Assembly (NCBI GenBank): GCA_030704615.1
Contig: CM060731.1
Coordinates: forward strand, 30,008,001 to 30,072,000
Direction of reading: 5' to 3'
DNA: 64,000 bases
Origin: Takakia lepidozioides
Lineage: Eukaryota; Plantae; Bryophyta
Part shown: piece by piece, positions 60,333 through 64,000 of the stretch
Numbering within the stretch: position 1 is the first letter of the stretch
Layout of the letters: each line of letters begins with the position of its first letter
The notes under the pieces: model-generated
Seen by the model: only the letters and a program-made list of their open reading frames with translations
Database searches by the model: none
Told to the model about the DNA's origin: nothing
Made by a program: the position numbers and the translations under genes

Positions 60333-63300
60333 GAGGTTTACTATTTCATGAGCAGAAACCATGAGCCATGAGCCATGAGCGGCATGAGCCGCATGAGCGG
60401 TGAGCCGAAGTCTAAGACACGCGGATTTCATGAGCGGACTCCTCCAAATTTGGAAATGCGGCAGATTAAACAAGTATTAAAATAATAGTTTTTTTATTTG
60501 ACCTTGCCATTTTTGGAAGTTACGGATCCTGTAATGCGGCGAAGATATGTCGTCAGTAACAACTCCGCTCATGGTTTTTTAGATCCGCTCATGGAAATGA
60601 GTGACCGTGCAACGAGAAATCCAGTATACCACGGCAAAAGGACGTCGCATACTGGCCTATATAGAGTATTCCGCGGTTTTACATGCCTTAACATTGGAAT
60701 GAAGCTGACCCTTTTGCCGCGACTGAACCAATAGAGTCTGCACAATTCTATCATCTTCCAGTATTCGGCGGGAAAGTTTTGCAAGTGAACTAGGAAATGC
60801 GGTGCCGCATTAGGGTTCGCACGTGCGAAATTTCTGGGCAGTTTGGTGTTGGTGAATGCCGCATCTACCAGTACCTACGACATTACTTGGAAATGCGGCG
60901 CCGCATTTCCTTGCCGGGGGTCGAATGAGGAAAGCAAAGTTTGGGAGAGCAGAAAAACAGGAACCCTCCAACACACAAAAATACATGCACGTGGAAACAC
61001 GAGTGAATGACATAGTATTATCGACGTTCGAGCAAAACAGGTTACTGGTAGGCAAGACATAAGTCGGACCTTTCTGTGGCCAGAGTCAGAGCTACTTGCA
61101 GTAGTACAGTTCTACTATCCGAAAAGGATGGGCGTACCATTGTGTTGGGACCGCAAGCCAAGGTCACTGGTCCCCTGGATCCATATTCAGAAGAGTGTGC
61201 ACCTCTTAGGGGCTCAACCCTGGTGCATGTATGAAGTGATGAGTTGTGGAATTACACCGGAGTCTCTTTAGGTACACGTAGTACAGATGCTTGCAAGGGC
61301 AGTATGATGCCCCGTCGGTGCAATTGCAGGTGGGTAATTCTGAAATGGTGATGGTGTACACCTCATTACGACCAGCTGAGCCTGCCGTGGCCATCTGATA
61401 CACACGCCCGAAGCCTGGTGGGGGCACTTCTGTCGAGCTCTGGATTGTACAGTTCATCCGAAGTGCATTCCCCATCCTTGTCTCGTTCACTTTTGAGGGA
61501 GGTCGCCGCCTCTTCGGTTTCCCCCAACGGTGTGTAGGATGCTTAGAGCTGTCGGGTCCCATTGTTCTTGCTCTCACAGGGGTCGGTGGTGGAGGCTGTG
61601 GAAGCGGAAATGGTTGTCTGGGGACGTCAGTAAGCTGCACCATCCGAAATCCTGCGGCGGTAAGGGCGTCGGCCTCAACCTGACTCAGATCGCAGCCTGG
61701 TTCCACCGGCCACACCGGGGGAGCCTCTGGCATTGTTTGTATGCCGTACTTGGGCTTTCCATACACGCAAGTAATAATGTCGTGCCTGCAGAACCAGAAC
61801 TGGGTGGTTGTCGCCTCCGCAAACTTTGCATGGACAAATCTTCCTGTAAAAGTAGGAGCAGGGACAGCACCATCTGGATTCCTCCTTATCATCTCTAAAC
61901 AACGTTGTCGTGTATCCACTCGAATTGCGGAACACCTGCCTCGAAACGACGGCTTTGTGCGAGCAATTCTCCACTGTGACGCAGACACAGTCGTCTCCAC
62001 AATGGCTTGGCCATACTGCATAACAGGGGGTGGAATCTGGGGCAAGCGAGCGGTGGGAATTTCTCGCACGGAATCCCCGCTTGAAGGCGATGGCGATCTG
62101 GAATTTCTTGGGCTTCCACTGCTGGAAGACACATTGTGCGGCAACATGACGGGCCCTCGAGGTGCTGTCCGAATGTTCCTGTCAGATCTCCAGGAATCCT
62201 CTTCGCACCCGGGTTCCTCTTCAATCCTCCGCCTCACAGGGCGAGTACGGACGTCCCCCTCTAGGTGCTCACCTCTGCGGTGCAGAGGCATCCCTTTGAT
62301 CTTCTCTCGCAATGTTGTCGCCCATTTCAGTGGATTCTTCGACCTCGAAGCCGTTCGCACCAACAATTCCTCCCTGTCCGGCCCAAAGCCCCATTGTTTC
62401 TACGTGGCTTGCTGCATGATTGCTCTGTCGATGTGCTCCGTTGTGGCCGTCACTACGTCCACCAGATGTGTGGCAGAAGACGCTCGCCAGGAGGAGTGCA
62501 CTGATTCTGCCATATTCGTGTTCGGCATGTCCGTGTCGGAATCCAAGCACTGCTTCTACAAGGACACAGACAATGGTGAGGAACCAATGGAAAGGTCCGT
62601 AATAGAAAGACAATTGCACGAAAATGACAGCATCATACCTCCCGCATGTACTGTCCGAACTGTCGATACCGAAAATGCCACCACCCCAACCAGCTGTGCA
62701 AGGCTCCCAGATTGGTTGTCTCCACTGCACCTGACGTGTTCCACCAAGCCTCGATGATAGCAAACTTAAGCTCCGTGTCATCAAATGTGGGTGCATCCTT
62801 CCACGCCGTACAAAGGACACGGTGTTCAGCGTGGAATGAGCTAGCAACAAATTTGGTAGTGTAGTGGGATAGACTCCAATGGAATCCACAAGATCTCTCT
62901 TTCCCCTCCATTGGCACATTGGGGTCCTCACCGTACACACGCCGCACCGCTGCCCAGTTGGCTTGAGCGTTGTCTGCCATGAATCCCCTGAAATTGGGCT
63001 CTGGCAATCCCGCCGTTGCCATCTGCTCATTTATGCCCTCCCACAGATGCATCTCCGACTGTGTGTCCTCCCCTTTCATCTCGCAGATTGCAATCGTCAT
63101 GAGCCTCTTGGAGTGATAGTCATAAACATGCGCACCCATAGTCACCCACTGATGGTTTGTAATTCGCTTGATGTGATCAAACATCACCCAAGCATTCGAT
63201 AGGTTTCCAGTTGTCATGCGAGTGACCAAGTCGACTCCACTCCCAGGCCCACACGTCGACATTTTAAAAATGTAACAACGATCGGATTCGCTGCCTTGCC

Positions 63301-64000
63301 CTGGAAACCTGCTACCTTGGATGTAGTCATATCCAGTCATTCGTTTCACCTCCAGGATTGAGTGCATGTCCGACCCCCGGCCGAACTCCTGCTTGCAAGA
63401 TACGATGTGATTCCGCACATTCGGACTACAAACGTGCGAGACCGACTCCAATAGGTCAAGCATCTCCTCTTTGTTCAAGGGCACTCGGTCTGAACCATCT
63501 TCAGACATGATTTTGCCAAGAGCAATCTTGTGGGCTGCCTTCAGCTGAATCTGCTTTGGTTTGGCTCCAGGGCTCAATTTCACCTCCTCTTTTATGATGT
63601 CGTGTGCTTCCTGCACAGCCTCACGCATGTTGCCTCTCGCCAAGGGGTGGCAGTGGACCCCAACGTGTATGCAAGCTCTAGTCAAGTCCGGGAGCAAATG
63701 GATAACGTAATATTGCTTGGCTCTGCACATGGACATGCACGTCGGTGGTTCTTTGCAATGTGCGCACTTGAAAGTACCCGCAGGAGCTTGGCTGGAGACA
63801 ATGAATGGATGATGCGTTGTGCCAGTCCAATCCGTCTCGTTTCTCCGCCCTCCTTTGGAAGGAAAGTGGAAGCAGGCGGGATTCAGGCACCTCAGCTTCC
63901 CCGCATAGAGGACGTATCGTACACGAACACCATCAGCAATTTTCGTGCTACTGGTCTTCGTCACACACCAGGGGTGTCCGTCATGCTTTCGATCAATGTC
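60333..64000 (-). mobile_element. Second, diverged member of the same MULE family (opposite orientation, truncated by window end)
   Basis: Terminus GAGGTTTACTATTTCATGAGC at 60333 with CATGAGC repeats matches the right TIR of the first element. A homologous transposase lies on the minus strand. Confidence 0.9.
61164..64000 (-). pseudogene. MULE transposase (GCM-like/DDE/Cys-rich/SWIM), partial; intron 62556-62638
   Basis: AWVMFDHIKR, FMADNAQANWAAVRRVY, RSCGFH, NTNMAESVHSSW, PTCNCTD...PCKHLYYVY. The intron is at the same position as in copy 1. A small deletion creates an in-frame TAG at ~62400, and there is a stop at 61206. Confidence 0.9.

Overview
Eukaryotic land-plant genomic DNA with GT-AG introns. 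A non-seed plant is likely, but that is inference. The left ~24 kb is gene-rich: a head-to-head pair of intron-containing small HSP genes sharing an HSE promoter, an intronless 2OG-Fe(II) dioxygenase/ubiquitin-like fusion, a degraded PPR-DYW editing factor, a SINE1-like ARM/KASH gene, a PsbP-domain (PPD7-like) gene and a frameshifted dirigent gene. The rest is transposon-dominated: Ty3/gypsy fragments, a CACTA remnant, tandem repeats, a rearranged chromovirus and a second gypsy gag-protease. The stand-out is a complete 13,555-bp Mutator-like element (35238-48792) with a perfect 9-bp TSD (GTGTGGTGA) and short TIRs. It carries two divergent genes. One is a GCM-like/DDE/SWIM transposase. The other is a multi-exon accessory gene encoding a ParB/Srx-like domain and a beta-class N6A/N4C DNA amino-methyltransferase-like domain. 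The non-coding parts hold several arrays built on a 22-40-bp palindrome (GGAAAT[TC]CGGCGCCG[AG]ATTTCC). A diverged relative starts at 60333, nested in the gypsy element, and carries a symmetrically co-varied palindrome (GGAAATGCGGCGCCGCATTTCC). Together these suggest a transposon-encoded ParB-MTase plus cognate-site system, possibly VANC-like anti-silencing or self-marking. The function is inference, and all domain calls are by eye without database searches.
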